A DNA stretch of 63,964 nt, counting the filler, from Vicugna vicugna (Eukaryota): NCBI GenBank assembly GCA_013265495.1. It is 81 parts of 79 records of this genome, joined end to end, with 100 filler letters (N's around TTAATTAATTAA, not from the genome) between each part and the next. Parts side by side here need not be neighbours in the genome. Positions count along the whole stretch, not along the records: positions 37,784 to 38,392 come from PNXW01001341.1; positions 38,493 to 39,157 come from MU057688.1; positions 39,258 to 39,980 come from PNXW01001344.1; positions 40,081 to 40,924 come from PNXW01001347.1; positions 41,025 to 41,467 come from PNXW01001348.1; positions 41,568 to 42,037 come from MU057692.1; positions 42,138 to 42,868 come from MU057695.1; positions 42,969 to 44,126 come from MU057696.1; 73 more parts are not named here. One strand, written 5' to 3'. Position 1 is the stretch's first letter, and each line of letters opens with the position of its first letter. A model generated the notes under the pieces. It did not search any database, had not been told where the DNA came from, and saw only the letters and a program-made list of their open reading frames with translations. Position numbers and translations under genes: made by a program. Shown piece after piece: positions 38,115 to 51,409 of the stretch.

Positions 38115-38492
38115 CTCAAGCTCTGTGAACCACGCATTCTTCCCTGGAAAGCACCATCACTAACGGTAACACATCCTCTGTGGTTGTACAGAAAAAGACG
38201 GCCCATTATCCATAGCTCTTTGTATGCCATAGGCTGTCTTCCTTCCAATGACTACTGTTTGTCGGACTTGTCACACAGACACACACAGGGCTGTTTCCTT
38301 CCAAACAAAACCCCTCCTGGCATGTAGTCCCCACCTCGTCCATCTATGGCTGTTCACAATTACCAGTGCATCAGTGCAAAGGAAGCCTCAGTNNNNNNNN
38401 NNNNNNNNNNNNNNNNNNNNNNNNNNNNNNNNNNNNTTAATTAATTAANNNNNNNNNNNNNNNNNNNNNNNNNNNNNNNNNNNNNNNNNNNN

Positions 38493-39157
38493 TTTGCAGG
38501 CAATCCCAGAGACAGAGGCTGCCTCCCCAGGGTTAGGTAACTTATTGCTCAGAATTCCCCGAACAGGGAACCCACCTGTGACTGAAGAGAGCTGCGTGGA
38601 TTTGTCTCTCGAGCCCCCCAACCCACGGAGAATGCTCCCGGAAACCTGAGCGTGTGGAGGTTCCACCAATGGTCGGCAGCTACTGGGTTATAACGGAATG
38701 CATAAGCTCGCCTCCCCTGAGGGTTTTCCTAATGTCTCTCTGCCAGGGAATGCTAGGGGGGATTGCAGGCAATCACAGTGACAGAGGCTGCCTCCCCAAG
38801 GTCAGGGAATTTATTGCTCGGAATTCCCCGAACAGGGAACCCATCTGTGAAAGAAGAGAACTGCGTGGATTTCTCTCTCGAGCCCCCCCACGCACTGAGA
38901 ATGCTTCCGGAAACCTGAGCGTGGGGAGGTTCCACCAACGGTCGGCAGCGCGTGTGTTCTAACGTAATGCCTAAGCTCGCCTCCCCTGAGGGTTTTCCTA
39001 ATGTCTCACTGCCAGGGAATGCTAGGGGGGTTTGCAGGCAATCCCAGTGACAGAGGCTGCCTCCCCAATGTCAGNNNNNNNNNNNNNNNNNNNNNNNNCA
39101 CCTGTGAATGAGGAGAGCTGCGTGGAGATGTCTCACGGGCTCCCCCACGCACTGAGA
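38493..39157. repeat. Satellite C (reverse, variant subfamily)
   Basis: Reverse complement of the 267-bp monomer with shared variants (GAATTCCCCG, GGAAACCTGAG). Confidence 0.92.
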
Positions 39158-39257
39158 NNNNNNNNNNNNNNNNNNNNNNNNNNNNNNNNNNNNNNNNNNN
39201 NTTAATTAATTAANNNNNNNNNNNNNNNNNNNNNNNNNNNNNNNNNNNNNNNNNNNN

Positions 39258-39980
39258 CTCAGAACTGAGCATGTTGTGAGACGTTCGTTCATCCAGGACA
39301 AACGGAACGGTTTGCAGGAGAAACATTTACTCTAGTTTCTCAGTCTGTTTTCTAGTGCCGGTTTTAAGTTCCTGCAGTTTTCACTGTGAAACCAATTTGG
39401 AGCTTGTACCCCCCATATATATGCATGTAGTGGAGTTTTCAACTGAGAAGAAACTTTGTGTTCCCTTCAAGCTTTGTGAAGGACGGCTTTCACACACACT
39501 TATCTCTCAGAACTGAGCATGTGGTGAGACGTTCGTTTATCCAGGACTAGTGGAACGGTTGCAGGAGAAACACTTACGCTGGTTTCTCAGTCTGTTTCCT
39601 CGTGCCAGTTTGAAGTTCCTGCAGTTTTCACTGTAAAACCGATTTGGAGCTTGTACCTCCCCATATATATTTATGTAGTGGGGTTTTCAACTGAAAAGAA
39701 ACTTTGTGTTCCCTTCAAGATATGTGAAGGACGGCTTTCACACACAATTAACTCGCAGAACTGAGCATGTGGTGAGACGTTCGTTATCTAGAACAAATGG
39801 AATGGTTGCAGGAGAAACACTTACGCTGGTTTCTCAGTCTGTTTCCTATTGCCGGTTTGAAGGTCCTGCAGTTTTCACTGTAAAACCATGTTGGAGCTTA
39901 GAACCTCCCCTATGCATGTAGTGGGGTATTCAGCAGAAAAGAAACTTTGTGATCCCTTCAAGCTAGGTGAAGGACGGATT
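39258..39980. repeat. Satellite E
   Basis: CTCAGAACTGAGCATG at 39258 and 39506 (248 bp). Confidence 0.92.
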
Positions 39981-40080
39981 NNNNNNNNNNNNNNNNNNNN
40001 NNNNNNNNNNNNNNNNNNNNNNNNTTAATTAATTAANNNNNNNNNNNNNNNNNNNNNNNNNNNNNNNNNNNNNNNNNNNN

Positions 40081-40924
40081 TGGGCTCTAAAGCCAAGGAT
40101 TAGCGAGTGCAACTCTGTGGGTAGTTGAGGGTTTTAAACTACTTTCACAACCTTGGAACACCTGTGCCCCAGAAAGATGCGTGGTCTCTGTTTCCCTCCT
40201 CCAGCACACACACGGAGACATGCTCAGGTATCCTGATTGTGGGGAGGCTCCTCCAACTGACAGCAGCAGTTGGGATCTAATAGAATCTCTTGGCATGAAT
40301 TCCCTGAGTGTTTCTAAGGCCGGGCTGTGAGCGAAGGTGTGGTTGGACAATAAACCAAAGTAATAGCGAGTGCCTCTCTATGAGCAGTGGAAGTCTATAA
40401 CTACATCCCCAACCTGGGAACACCTGTGCCCCAGAAAATTGTGTGGACTCTGTTTCCCTCCTCCAGCACACACACGGTATTGGGTTCAGATGTCTTGAGT
40501 GTGGGGAGGTTCTTCCCACTAACAGCAGCGCCTGGGTTCTAATACAATACCTTAACTTGTTTTCCATGATGGATTGAAAAGGCCGGTGTGCGGGGGAAAG
40601 TTGGGATTTGGATCTAAACCAAGTATTAGCGAGAGCCTATCCATGGGATGTGGGTGTTTGACCTACAACCCACAACCGTGGAACAACTGTGCCCCCTGAA
40701 AAATGCGTGTGCTATGTTTCCCCACTTCCAGCACACACAGGAAGAAGTGTTCTGGGGTTCTGAGTATTGGGAGGTTCCTCTAACAGACAGCAGCACCTGG
40801 CTTTTAATAGAATATCTAGGCCTAGCAGTAAGGGACGGTGGCGGATGGGCTCTAAAGCCAAGTATTAGCAAATGCATCACTGTGGGCAGTGGAGGGTTTT
40901 AAACTACTTCACCAACCTTGGAAC
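40081..40924. repeat. Satellite B
   Basis: Same motifs as 13478-14187 and 21240-21497. Confidence 0.9.
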
Positions 40925-41024
40925 NNNNNNNNNNNNNNNNNNNNNNNNNNNNNNNNNNNNNNNNNNNNTTAATTAATTAANNNNNNNNNNNNNNNNNNNN
41001 NNNNNNNNNNNNNNNNNNNNNNNN

Positions 41025-41467
41025 GCATGTACGGAACCCAGAATGCCATGTTGATGGAATTCATTTAAAATACATATCTGAGGTGCAATTCACTCCAGAA
41101 ATATTTTTTTGTGAAAAAATGCACGAACACGAACCTGGTGTTAGGGAAAGCTTGTGAAAATGTGTACACGTGTCTAGATGAAAATATTCCTTTTATAGAG
41201 GATGAAAGATTTGTAATCCACATCCTCTCAACTCAGGAATGCATGTTTGTCGAATCCGTCATGTATGAAGCATGTACGGAACACGGAATATATCATGTAG
41301 ATGGAATCTATTTAAATTTCATATCTCTAGTGTAGAATCCGCTCCAAGAGGGTTTATCTGGGATCAAACTGTGATTCTTTCAACTGGTGATAAAAAGAAG
41401 CTACGAAGTCAAAATAAATATTTCAGAGTGCATTTCTAACTTTTTTGGTGGTTAAAACAGCAGTCAT
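41025..41467. repeat. Satellite D
   Basis: Matches 52090-52417. Confidence 0.9.
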
Positions 41468-42137
41468 NNNNNNNNNNNNNNNNNNNNNNNNNNNNNNNNN
41501 NNNNNNNNNNNTTAATTAATTAANNNNNNNNNNNNNNNNNNNNNNNNNNNNNNNNNNNNNNNNNNNNCACTCCCCACTACAACTCCAGCTTCTGAGGAGT
41601 CTACCCTCCCGGACCCTGCAGACTCTGCATCTTCCCAAGACACACACGTGGCCACGACCCTCCCTTCAGATTTCTTCCTGGCTGGCCCTGCCCACCACCC
41701 GGCCCCTAAAAGATAAATGGCATTAGACTGAAAATCTCAAACGCCGCTGACTGATACACCAAAGCTGAATGGTCTGGGCTTTCCTCCAACACAGGCACAA
41801 CCTTGCCCCCCTCAGCCAATCTGCAGCTCTCGAGATGATCTAATTCACATACAAGGCTGTGAACACCAGCTAAGAATAACGACTCCCAACGTTTATCTCT
41901 ACTCCGGCTCCATCACCTGAGCCCTAGTCTCATAGACACGAGTGCCTGTTTGAAGTCCTAACTTGGATGACAAATGGCATCTTAAAAATGCTAAATGTCC
42001 ACCATTTACTCTGGAATTCGATTCCTGGCAGGACCTCNNNNNNNNNNNNNNNNNNNNNNNNNNNNNNNNNNNNNNNNNNNNTTAATTAATTAANNNNNNN
42101 NNNNNNNNNNNNNNNNNNNNNNNNNNNNNNNNNNNNN

Positions 42138-42868
42138 CCACTCCACCCAGATGAATGGAGGAAAAGGTGTTCCGTTTAGGGATAATTCCTCTAAGTACTT
42201 CCTCACTGGATCAGGTGGCACTCACTGCTACTTGGCCTCCAAGCCCAACCCCCAGCTTTCCCTCATGGCCTGGCCTAAAGGAACACTCAGGGAACAGAAG
42301 CTAAGGGATACTAATAGAACCCAGGTGCTGCTGTCAGTTTGAGGAACCTGCCCACACTCAGAATACCAGAACACTTCTTCGCGTGTGTGCTGGATGTAGG
42401 GAAACANNNNNNNNNNNNNNNNNNNNNNNNNNNNNNNNNNNNNNNNNNNNNNNNNNNNNNNNNNNNNNNNNNNNNNNNNNNNNNNNNNNNNNNNNNNNNN
42501 NNNNNNNNNNNNNNNNNNNNNNNNNNNNNNNNNNNNNNNNNNNNNNNNNNNNNNNNNAGAACCCAGGCGCTGCTGTCATTTGGAGGAGCCTCCCCACAAT
42601 CAGGATACCTGAGCACGTCTCCGTGTGTGTGCTTGAGGTGGGGAAACAGATTCCACGCTACTTTATGGGGCACATGTGTTCCAAGGTTGGGGAAGTAGTT
42701 TAAAACCCTCCACTGCCCACAGAGATTCACTCGCTAATACTTGGCTTTAGAGCCTATCCCCCACCATCACTTACTGCTAGGCCTAGGAAAACACTTAGGT
42801 TAGTCAAGCTAAGGAATTCTATTAAAAGCCAGGTGCTGCTGTCTGTTGGAGGTACCTCCCCACACTCA
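42138..42868. repeat. Satellite B
   Basis: 42138-42406 nearly identical to 18979-19247. Confidence 0.9.
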
Positions 42869-42968
42869 NNNNNNNNNNNNNNNNNNNNNNNNNNNNNNNN
42901 NNNNNNNNNNNNTTAATTAATTAANNNNNNNNNNNNNNNNNNNNNNNNNNNNNNNNNNNNNNNNNNNN

Positions 42969-44126
42969 GAGGGTTTTCCTAATGTCTCTGTGCCAGGGAA
43001 TGTTAGCGGGGTTACAGGATATCCCAGGGACAGAGCCTTCCTCTCCAAGTTAAGGTAAGGTATTTCTCGGACTTCCCCGAACAAGGAACACCTCTGACTG
43101 AAGACAGCTTCGTGGAGTTGTCTCTCGAGCTCACCCACGCACTGACAATGGTTCCGGAATCCTGAGCGTGGGGAGGTTCCACGAAAGTTCGGCAGCGTGT
43201 GGGTTCTAACGGAAAGCCTAAGCTCGTCTCCCCTGAGGGTTCTCCTAATATCTCTGTGCCAGGGAATGCTAGGGGGGTTTGCAGGATATCCCAGTGACAN
43301 NNNNNNNNNNNNNNNNNNNNNNNNNNNNNNNNNNNNNNNNNNNNNNNNNNNNNNNNNNNNNNNNNNNNNNNNNNNNNNNNNNNNNNNNNNNNNNNNNNNN
43401 NNNNNNNNNNNNNNNNNNNNNNNNNNNNNNNNNNNNNNNNNNNNNNNNNNNNNNNNNNNNNNNNNNNNNNNNNNNNNNNNNNNNNNNNNNNNNNNNNNNN
43501 NNNNNNNNNNNNNNNNNNNNNNNNNNNNNNNNNNNNNNNNNNNGACAGAGGCTGCCTCCCCAAGTTCACGGAAGTTATTTCTCGGACTTCCCCGAACAGG
43601 GAACACCTGTGACTGAAGAGAGCTGCGTGGAGTTGTCTCTCGAGCTCCCCCACGCACTGACAATGATTCCGGAATCCTGAGAGTGGTTAGGTTCCACCAA
43701 CGATCGTCAGCGCGTGGGTTCCTACGAAAAGCGTAAGCTCGTCTCCCCTGAGGGTTTTCCTAATATCTCTGTGCCAGGGAATGCTAGGGGGGTTTGCAGG
43801 ATATCCCAGTGACAGAGGCTGCCTCCCCAAGGTCAGGGAAGATATTTCTCNNNNNNNNNNNNNNNNNNNNNNNNNNNNNNNNNNNNNNNNNNNNNNNNNN
43901 NNNNNNNNNNNNNNNNNNNNNNNNNNNNNNNNNNNNNNNNNNNNNNNNNNNNNNNNNNNNNNNNNNNNNNNNNNNNNNNNNNNNNNNNNNNNNNNNNNNN
44001 NNNNNNNNNNNNNNNNNNNNNNNNNNNNNNNNNNNNNNNNNNNNNNNNNNNNNNNNNNNNNNNNNNNNNNNNNNACAGTGACTCCCAAATGTCAGGGAAG
44101 TTATTTCTCGGACTTCCCCGAACAGG
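42969..44126. repeat. Satellite C (reverse)
   Basis: 267-bp monomer, gapped. Confidence 0.92.
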
Positions 44127-44226
44127 NNNNNNNNNNNNNNNNNNNNNNNNNNNNNNNNNNNNNNNNNNNNTTAATTAATTAANNNNNNNNNNNNNNNNNN
44201 NNNNNNNNNNNNNNNNNNNNNNNNNN

Positions 44227-44773
44227 TTAGAATATGGAAAACAGAATACAGAAACGAGAATTTAGAACATGTAATGCACAGCACCGTGTTCAGTCTATAG
44301 AATACAGAATACTGAATATAAAATTTTCAATATAGAATGTAGAACACAGAATTTAGAATATAGAATACAGAATACTGAATATAGAATTTAGAATATAGAA
44401 TGTAGAACACAGAATATAAAATAGAGAATAGAGAATATAGAACCCANNNNNNNNNNNNNNNNNNNNNNNNNNNNNNNNNNNNNNNNNNNNNNNNNNNNNN
44501 NNNNNNNNNNNNNNNNNNNNNNNNNNNNNNNNNNNNNNNNNNNNNNNNNNNNNNNNNNNNNNNNNNTATGGAATGTACGGAATGCAGACTATTGAATACA
44601 GAATATAGAAAGTAGAACACAGAATATAGAATATAGACTACGGAATGCAGAATATAGAATATAGTATATAGAAAGTTGAACACAGTATATAAAATATAGA
44701 ATAGAAAATATACAACCCAGGATTTAGACGTTGGAAAGAAGAATTCAGTACTTAGTATATAGAATACAGAATA
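44227..44773. repeat. Satellite A
   Basis: 7-mer chain. Confidence 0.9.
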
Positions 44774-45201
44774 NNNNNNNNNNNNNNNNNNNNNNNNNNN
44801 NNNNNNNNNNNNNNNNNTTAATTAATTAANNNNNNNNNNNNNNNNNNNNNNNNNNNNNNNNNNNNNNNNNNNNATGTGATTTGGAACAACAAAGGACAAT
44901 ATATTTTATAGCACAGCTTTTAAGACAACTGAATTGGCAGTAAGTTCCCATAATGAAACGTCCAACAATTCTTTATATTTCTCCTGGAATTTCCTTGGTT
45001 CTTGATGTAAATTTTTAAAAATTAATATCAGCTTTCTATTCTTTCTCTTCCTATAATTGTAGAATTAATGTGAAAATAGCTCGTTGTCTCACTGATAAAG
45101 CNNNNNNNNNNNNNNNNNNNNNNNNNNNNNNNNNNNNNNNNNNNNTTAATTAATTAANNNNNNNNNNNNNNNNNNNNNNNNNNNNNNNNNNNNNNNNNNN
45201 N

Positions 45202-45922
45202 AGAGTGAAACAGAACAATGCAGAGTATTTTGTTCTTGTTTCTCTTTTCTGTAGGATGGGTATGAATTTGTATTCTTATCAGTTAAAACAAGCAGATATA
45301 GTATGGAAAAATATAAATGCAAAACAAGGTAACCATAAGTCAAAAGCATACAATGAAGTCACAAAACCAAAAAGAAACCAAGATTATAAAAGAAAACTTA
45401 TCAAGCCACAAAAAGAAAAAGAAATGAACAAAAAGGAAATACCAAATCAACTGGAAAATCAAGTACAAAATGGAAATAAACACAAGTGTATCAATACTTA
45501 TCACAAATGTTAATGGATTTAGTGCTTCAATCAAAAGATATATATTGTCAGATGGGATTATATAACGAGATCCTACATTAAGAAGCATACAAGGGACCCA
45601 ATTTACTAAGAGGAAAACACATTAATTGAAAGTCAGAAGATGGAAGAATATATTCCATGCAAATGCACATGAGAAGAATGCAGGATTAGCAGTACTGACT
45701 TCACACAAAATAGACTTTACATGAAAGGCCATAGAGAAAGATAAACAAGGACAACATGATATATGATTAAAGTAGCAATAAAAAATGAGGGTTTTATACA
45801 CATTAAGATATATGGATTCAATATAGAAGCACCTAAATTCATAAAGCAAATGCTAATAGAAAAAAGAGAGAAATTGTTTGGAACACAATCACAGTAGGAG
45901 ACAATAACACCCCACTAACATC
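45202..45922 (+). mobile_element. L1 inter-ORF and ORF2 endonuclease region, decayed
   Basis: AATGTTAATGGATTTAGTGCTTCAATCAAAAGA, GATGGAAGAATATATTCCATGCAAATG, CAAAATAGACTTTA. Confidence 0.9.
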
Positions 45923-46022
45923 NNNNNNNNNNNNNNNNNNNNNNNNNNNNNNNNNNNNNNNNNNNNTTAATTAATTAANNNNNNNNNNNNNNNNNNNNNN
46001 NNNNNNNNNNNNNNNNNNNNNN

Positions 46023-46831
46023 TATGCACAAGCAGTCATTCCCAACTTCCCCATCTTCCCCCAGCCCAAGGCAGCCACTATTCTCTCTGTGTGGATTTGC
46101 CTGTGCTGGACATTTCATGTAAAATGAGTCATTTCATGTAAATGGAACCGTCTATTGTGACTGACTTCTTTCACACTGAGTAACGTTTTCAATGTTTGTC
46201 CACGTTGTGGCCTGGGTCAGTACNNNNNNNNNNNNNNNNNNNNNNNNNNNNNNNNNNNNNNNNNNNNNNNACCCATTCATCAGGTGATAGTTATTTGTGT
46301 TGTTTCTGATTTTTGGCTGTGATGAGTAATGGCGCCGTGAATATTCCTTTAGGAGTTTTTATGTGGACATTTGTTTTCAGTTCTCTTACGTGTGTGCCCA
46401 GAGAGCAGAATTGCTGGGTCATTCATAAACCAAATGTTCAACTCTCTGAGGACCTGCCAGGTTGTTTTCTAAAGTGATCACGCTGTGTTACATCCTCACT
46501 AGCAAGGGCTGTGCGCTCCGCTTCCTCTGTGTCCTCATTAGTGCTTGTTACCCTTTTTTTTATTATCAACTGTTGTTATGGGGGAGCAGTTGCTTCTCCT
46601 GGTGGTTTTTTGATTTCTTTCCCTGCAANNNNNNNNNNNNNNNNNNNNNNNNNNNNNNNNNNNNNCATTTGTAAATTTTCCTTGAAAAATACATTTTCAG
46701 ATCCTTTATTCACTTCTTAATTGAGTTTCCTTTTTATTGTTGAGTTCTAGGAGTTTTTTTTTTTATTTGAAGATACAAATTCCTTTTCAGATAAATGATT
46801 TTAAAAAATTTTCTCTTGTCTATTGTTTTTT
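46023..46831 (-). mobile_element. Old L1 (L1M-type) 3' region
   Basis: GATTTGCCTGTGCTGGACATTTCATGTAAA, CCCATTCATCAGGTGAT, AGAATTGCTGGGTC. Confidence 0.82.
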
Positions 46832-46931
46832 NNNNNNNNNNNNNNNNNNNNNNNNNNNNNNNNNNNNNNNNNNNNTTAATTAATTAANNNNNNNNNNNNN
46901 NNNNNNNNNNNNNNNNNNNNNNNNNNNNNNN

Positions 46932-47413
46932 GCAGCGTGGAGTTGCCTCTCGAGCTCCCCAACGCACTGAAAACGTCTGCGGAATCCTGAGCGTGGGTAG
47001 GTTCCACCACCTGTCGGCAGCGCGTGGGTTCAAACGGAATGCCTAAGCTCGTCTCCCCTGAGGGTTTTCCTAATGTCCCTGTGCCAGGGAATGCTAGGGG
47101 GGTTTGCAGGAAATCCCAGTGACAGAGGCTGCATCCCCAAGGTCAGGGAAGGATTTTTCGGACTTCCCCGATCAGGGAACACATGTGACAGAAGTGACCT
47201 GCGTGGAGTTGCCTCTCGAGATCCCCCACTCATTGACAACTTCTGCGGAATACTGAAGGTGGGAAGGTTCTACCAACAAGAGCGTGGGACGGAATGCCTA
47301 AGCTCGTCTCCCCTGAGGGTTTTTCTAAATTCCCTGTGCCAGGAAATGCTAGGGGGATTTGCAGGAATTCCCAGTGTCAGAGGCTGCCTCCCCAAGGTAA
47401 GGGAAATTATTTC
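46932..47413. repeat. Satellite C (reverse)
   Basis: 267-bp monomer variant. Confidence 0.9.
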
Positions 47414-47513
47414 NNNNNNNNNNNNNNNNNNNNNNNNNNNNNNNNNNNNNNNNNNNNTTAATTAATTAANNNNNNNNNNNNNNNNNNNNNNNNNNNNNNN
47501 NNNNNNNNNNNNN

Positions 47514-48439
47514 ACTACCATATTCTTTTTAATACAGTAGATTTGTATTATAGTTTAATATCAGGGACAGTGATACATCCTGTTTGTTCTTTGTTAGTTT
47601 TGTGTTTTTAGTTTGTTTTCTTTCCTTTTTTTTAGTGATTTCATCTCTTTTTTGTTTAAATGTAAATTTTAGTATTATTTATTGTGTCTGAAAATGCCCT
47701 TGGTATTTTGATAGGCACTGTATTTAATTTGTGTATTTTGTTGGCTAATACTGTCATTCAAACAATATTTTTTTCTCATCTATGAACACATTATGCACTT
47801 TCATATATTTGCTTTATCTTCAATTTCTCTTATAAATATTTCATAGTTTTCTGAGTACAGGTCTTTTACTTCCTTGGTTGGATACATTTATTGATTTTTT
47901 TTGGTAATGCAACTGTAAATGTGACAGTTCCCTCACTTTCTCGATCTGTTAGCTTGTTGTTAGTGTGTAGAAATGCAAGATTTCTGCATGTTAATTTTAC
48001 ATTCAAAAATTTTACCAAATGCATTGATAAGCCCTAGTAGTTTTTTGGCACCATTTTCAGGATTTCTGTTTAAAGTATGTCATCTGCAAACAGATAATTT
48101 TACTCCTTTTCTTAATTAGCTATATTTTATTTAATTCTATTTTGGATAGCTATGGCTAGAATTTCCATACTATACTGAATAACAGTGGTAAGAGTGAGCA
48201 TTCTTGTCTTCTTCCTGCTCTTATTGGAGATGCTTTCAGCTTTTAATCAGTGTGCGTCATGTTAGCAGAGTTCTTGTCATATATGACCTTAACTGTGTTG
48301 AGGTATGTTTCCTCATGCCCAAATGCCCACTTTGAGGAGAAATACATTCATAAATAGATCCTGAATATGTCAAAATATTTTATGACTCTACTGAAGTGAC
48401 CATATAATTTTTATTCTTCTGGTTGTTTGAGTGGTGTAT
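47514..48439 (-). mobile_element. L1 ORF2 reverse-transcriptase region, decayed
   Basis: GTCATCTGCAAACAG (FADD motif on the minus strand), GCTTTCAGCTTTT, TGTTGAGGTATGTT. Confidence 0.9.
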
Positions 48440-48559
48440 NNNNNNNNNNNNNNNNNNNNNNNNNNNNNNNNNNNNNNNNNNNNTTAATTAATTAANNNNN
48501 NNNNNNNNNNNNNNNNNNNNNNNNNNNNNNNNNNNNNNNTTTCTCTACATAAAAAGGAA

Positions 48560-48860
48560 TGTGGAGGTGTAGGAGGAGGTGGAGCACGAGGAGGTGGAGG
48601 AGGAGTATGTGCAGGTGGAGGAGGAGGTGGAGGAAGAGGAGGAGGAGAAGGAGGAGGTGGTGGAGGAGGAGGAGGTGAAGTTGGAGGAGGAGGTGAAGTT
48701 GGAGGAGGAGGAGGTGGAAGAGGAGGAGGATGTGGATGAGGAAGATGTGGAGGAGGAAGATGTGGAGGAGGAGGAGGATGTGGAGGAGAAGGATGTGGAG
48801 GAGGAGAATGTGGAGGAGGAGGTGGAGGAGGAGGAGGAGGTGGTGGAGGTGAAGGAGTAG
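48560..48860. repeat. GGA/GGT-rich low-complexity trinucleotide tract
   Basis: Direct reading. Confidence 0.92.
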
Positions 48861-48877
48861 TAGTACCAATCATGAAA

Positions 48878-49070
48878 TTAGTCATACCAATCATGATTGG
48901 GGGCATCAGAAATTGGCTGGTGCCTTTAATTATTGGCTCCCCAGGTATGGCATTTCCCCGTATGAACAACATGAGCTTCTGGCTGCTACCCCCCTCATTC
49001 CTACTACTTCTAGCATCATACATAGTTGAAGCCGTGGCAGGCACTGGTTGAACTGTTTACCCTCCCCTAG
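48878..49070 (+). pseudogene. COX1: NUMT: mitochondrial COX1 fragment
   Basis: Mitochondrial-code translation [65 protein letters not shown]=Trp at 49049; AGA stop at 48908; several conserved residues altered. Confidence 0.95.
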
Positions 49071-49170
49071 NNNNNNNNNNNNNNNNNNNNNNNNNNNNNN
49101 NNNNNNNNNNNNNNTTAATTAATTAANNNNNNNNNNNNNNNNNNNNNNNNNNNNNNNNNNNNNNNNNNNN

Positions 49171-49779
49171 ATAATATTGGAAACAAATTTTTAAAAACAG
49201 ATTAGAAATGATTCTAGAAATTAGAAATGATTAGAATAAGTAATTAATACTTCCAATTTTAAATGACAAGTTACAAAGTGAGTATTTTAAAACCGAACCT
49301 GCCTTCCTAGGTGTCAGTTTTAAGCAGTTAGAAAATACAATAGCAATATATTTTCACAAAATTAACAAAAACATAATAATCTGGAATAAACTTAAAAATT
49401 ATGCCCATGTTCTAAATGAAGAAAACTACAGGACTGTACTGAAGGGTAAAGTAAGAGGTATATATGTTGAGACATCAACATATTGCATGGAAGAAAGCAG
49501 TTTTGTAAAGATAAAGTCATCCTAAGAATAATTCAAAACACAAAACTTACAATCCCATGAAAACTTTTATCTAATTTTGTTTTAACATGAGCAAAATATT
49601 TTTAAATTCTTCAGGAATAATAAAGTGATAATACTGGCCAAGAAATTTTGGGATTGAAGAAAAGAATAAAAAAAAAATAACACTGTCAAATATTAAATAC
49701 ATTTTTACTATATGTAAGATATGCTGCTGGAATGAGAAAGGAAGTTTGACAGAAAGGAACCATGAGCTCAAAAAGAGAC
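49171..49779 (+). mobile_element. Very old L1 ORF2 remnant
   Basis: CTGGAATAAACTTAA..TGAAGAAAACTAC..CATGGAAGAAAG resemble L1 ORF2. Confidence 0.5.
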
Positions 49780-50505
49780 NNNNNNNNNNNNNNNNNNNNN
49801 NNNNNNNNNNNNNNNNNNNNNNNTTAATTAATTAANNNNNNNNNNNNNNNNNNNNNNNNNNNNNNNNNNNNNNNNNNNNCTAGGTACCCCATCTGGTTGC
49901 TATCAGAATTAATAGGAATGCACACATAGTGAGCCCAGAAAGTGTCAGAAAAAAGCGTCCAGGACAGGAGACAGTATTCAGGAATCCTGCTAACTTGGTA
50001 AAAATCTGTAAAGCCTACCTAAATATTTCAACATGGAATTCAAGGTGTACTGATGGGATTTTATTTTGAAATAAATGTTTTCTTGGAGCAGAGACCCCAG
50101 AAATAAAAGCNNNNNNNNNNNNNNNNNNNNNNTGCAGGGCAGTTAGAAAGCAGTCAGCTTTCTGTTTGGGATCAGCGAGAGATGGGCCTTGCGGTCTCTT
50201 GCACATGGTGCTTTTTGCAGAAGAAACGCGTAACATAAAACTCGTCCTGATTAAGGCGGGTATTGTGCTTCCCGAGGTGGCTCTTGGGCAGAACGGTTTT
50301 GAGTGGACTCGGAAGCCCCGAATTCTAAGGAGTTGAAGCCAGTGGAAATAGGCCTGACAGGGCACTGGTTATCTCTCTGTATCCAGCGTGACAAGCCTTA
50401 TTCACNNNNNNNNNNNNNNNNNNNNNNNNNNNNNNNNNNNNNNNNNNNNTTAATTAATTAANNNNNNNNNNNNNNNNNNNNNNNNNNNNNNNNNNNNNNN
50501 NNNNN

Positions 50506-51309
50506 CAACCACCAAACAAGTTACCTATGCATTATGAAATATTTACTTTGTCTTCGTAGATTTTCCTATCACTATTTTCAAGAATCACACTTTGATCCCA
50601 CAAAAACCCACTTGGAGCGAATTCTTCCCTAGAGATATGTAATTTCAATAGATGCCATCTACATGATTTCCAAGTTCCGTACATGCTATATACATTTTGG
50701 ATTTGACAAACATGCATTCCTGAGTTGAGAGCATGTGGATTACTAATCTTTCATCCTCTATAAAAGGAATATTTTCATCTAGACACGTGTACACATTTTC
50801 ACAAGCTTTCCCTAACACCAGGTTCGAAATCGAATTCGTGCATTTTTCACAGAAAAATAGTTCTGGAGCGATTTCCACCTAATAGGTATGTAATTTACAT
50901 GAATTCCTTCAACATGGCATTCCGGGTTCCGTACATGCTACAAGCATGACGGATTCGGGAATCATGCATTTGTGACTTGTGAGCATGTGGATTACTGACC
51001 TTCATCCACCAAACAATGCGTATATACATTTAGAATTATATCCTCTGACTTCATAGATTTTTCTATCACCAGGTTGTAAAATCGGACATCTGGCACCAGA
51101 AAACACTCTTTGAGCGAATTCTCACAAATACACATTTAATTTACATTGTTTACATAGCCATGGCATTCCGTATTACGAACATGTTTCATCCATCTCGGAT
51201 TCCTCAAACTTGAAATTCTGATTTGTGAACATGCGCATGACGGATGTTTCAACCATGAAAAAACTTACCTATGCACTATGAAATATTTATTTTGAATTCG
51301 TTGCTTCTG
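50506..51309. repeat. Satellite D, one full ~744-bp unit
   Basis: TTACCTATGCA.TATGAAATATTTA at 50521 and 51265 (744 bp); three related subunits. Confidence 0.92.
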
Positions 51310-51409
51310 NNNNNNNNNNNNNNNNNNNNNNNNNNNNNNNNNNNNNNNNNNNNTTAATTAATTAANNNNNNNNNNNNNNNNNNNNNNNNNNNNNNNNNNN
51401 NNNNNNNNN

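Noticed and set aside
48484..49044. Poly-Pro, poly-Glu and His-Leu ORFs
   Set aside because: Frames of a GGA low-complexity tract plus antisense COX1; no evidence of a gene.
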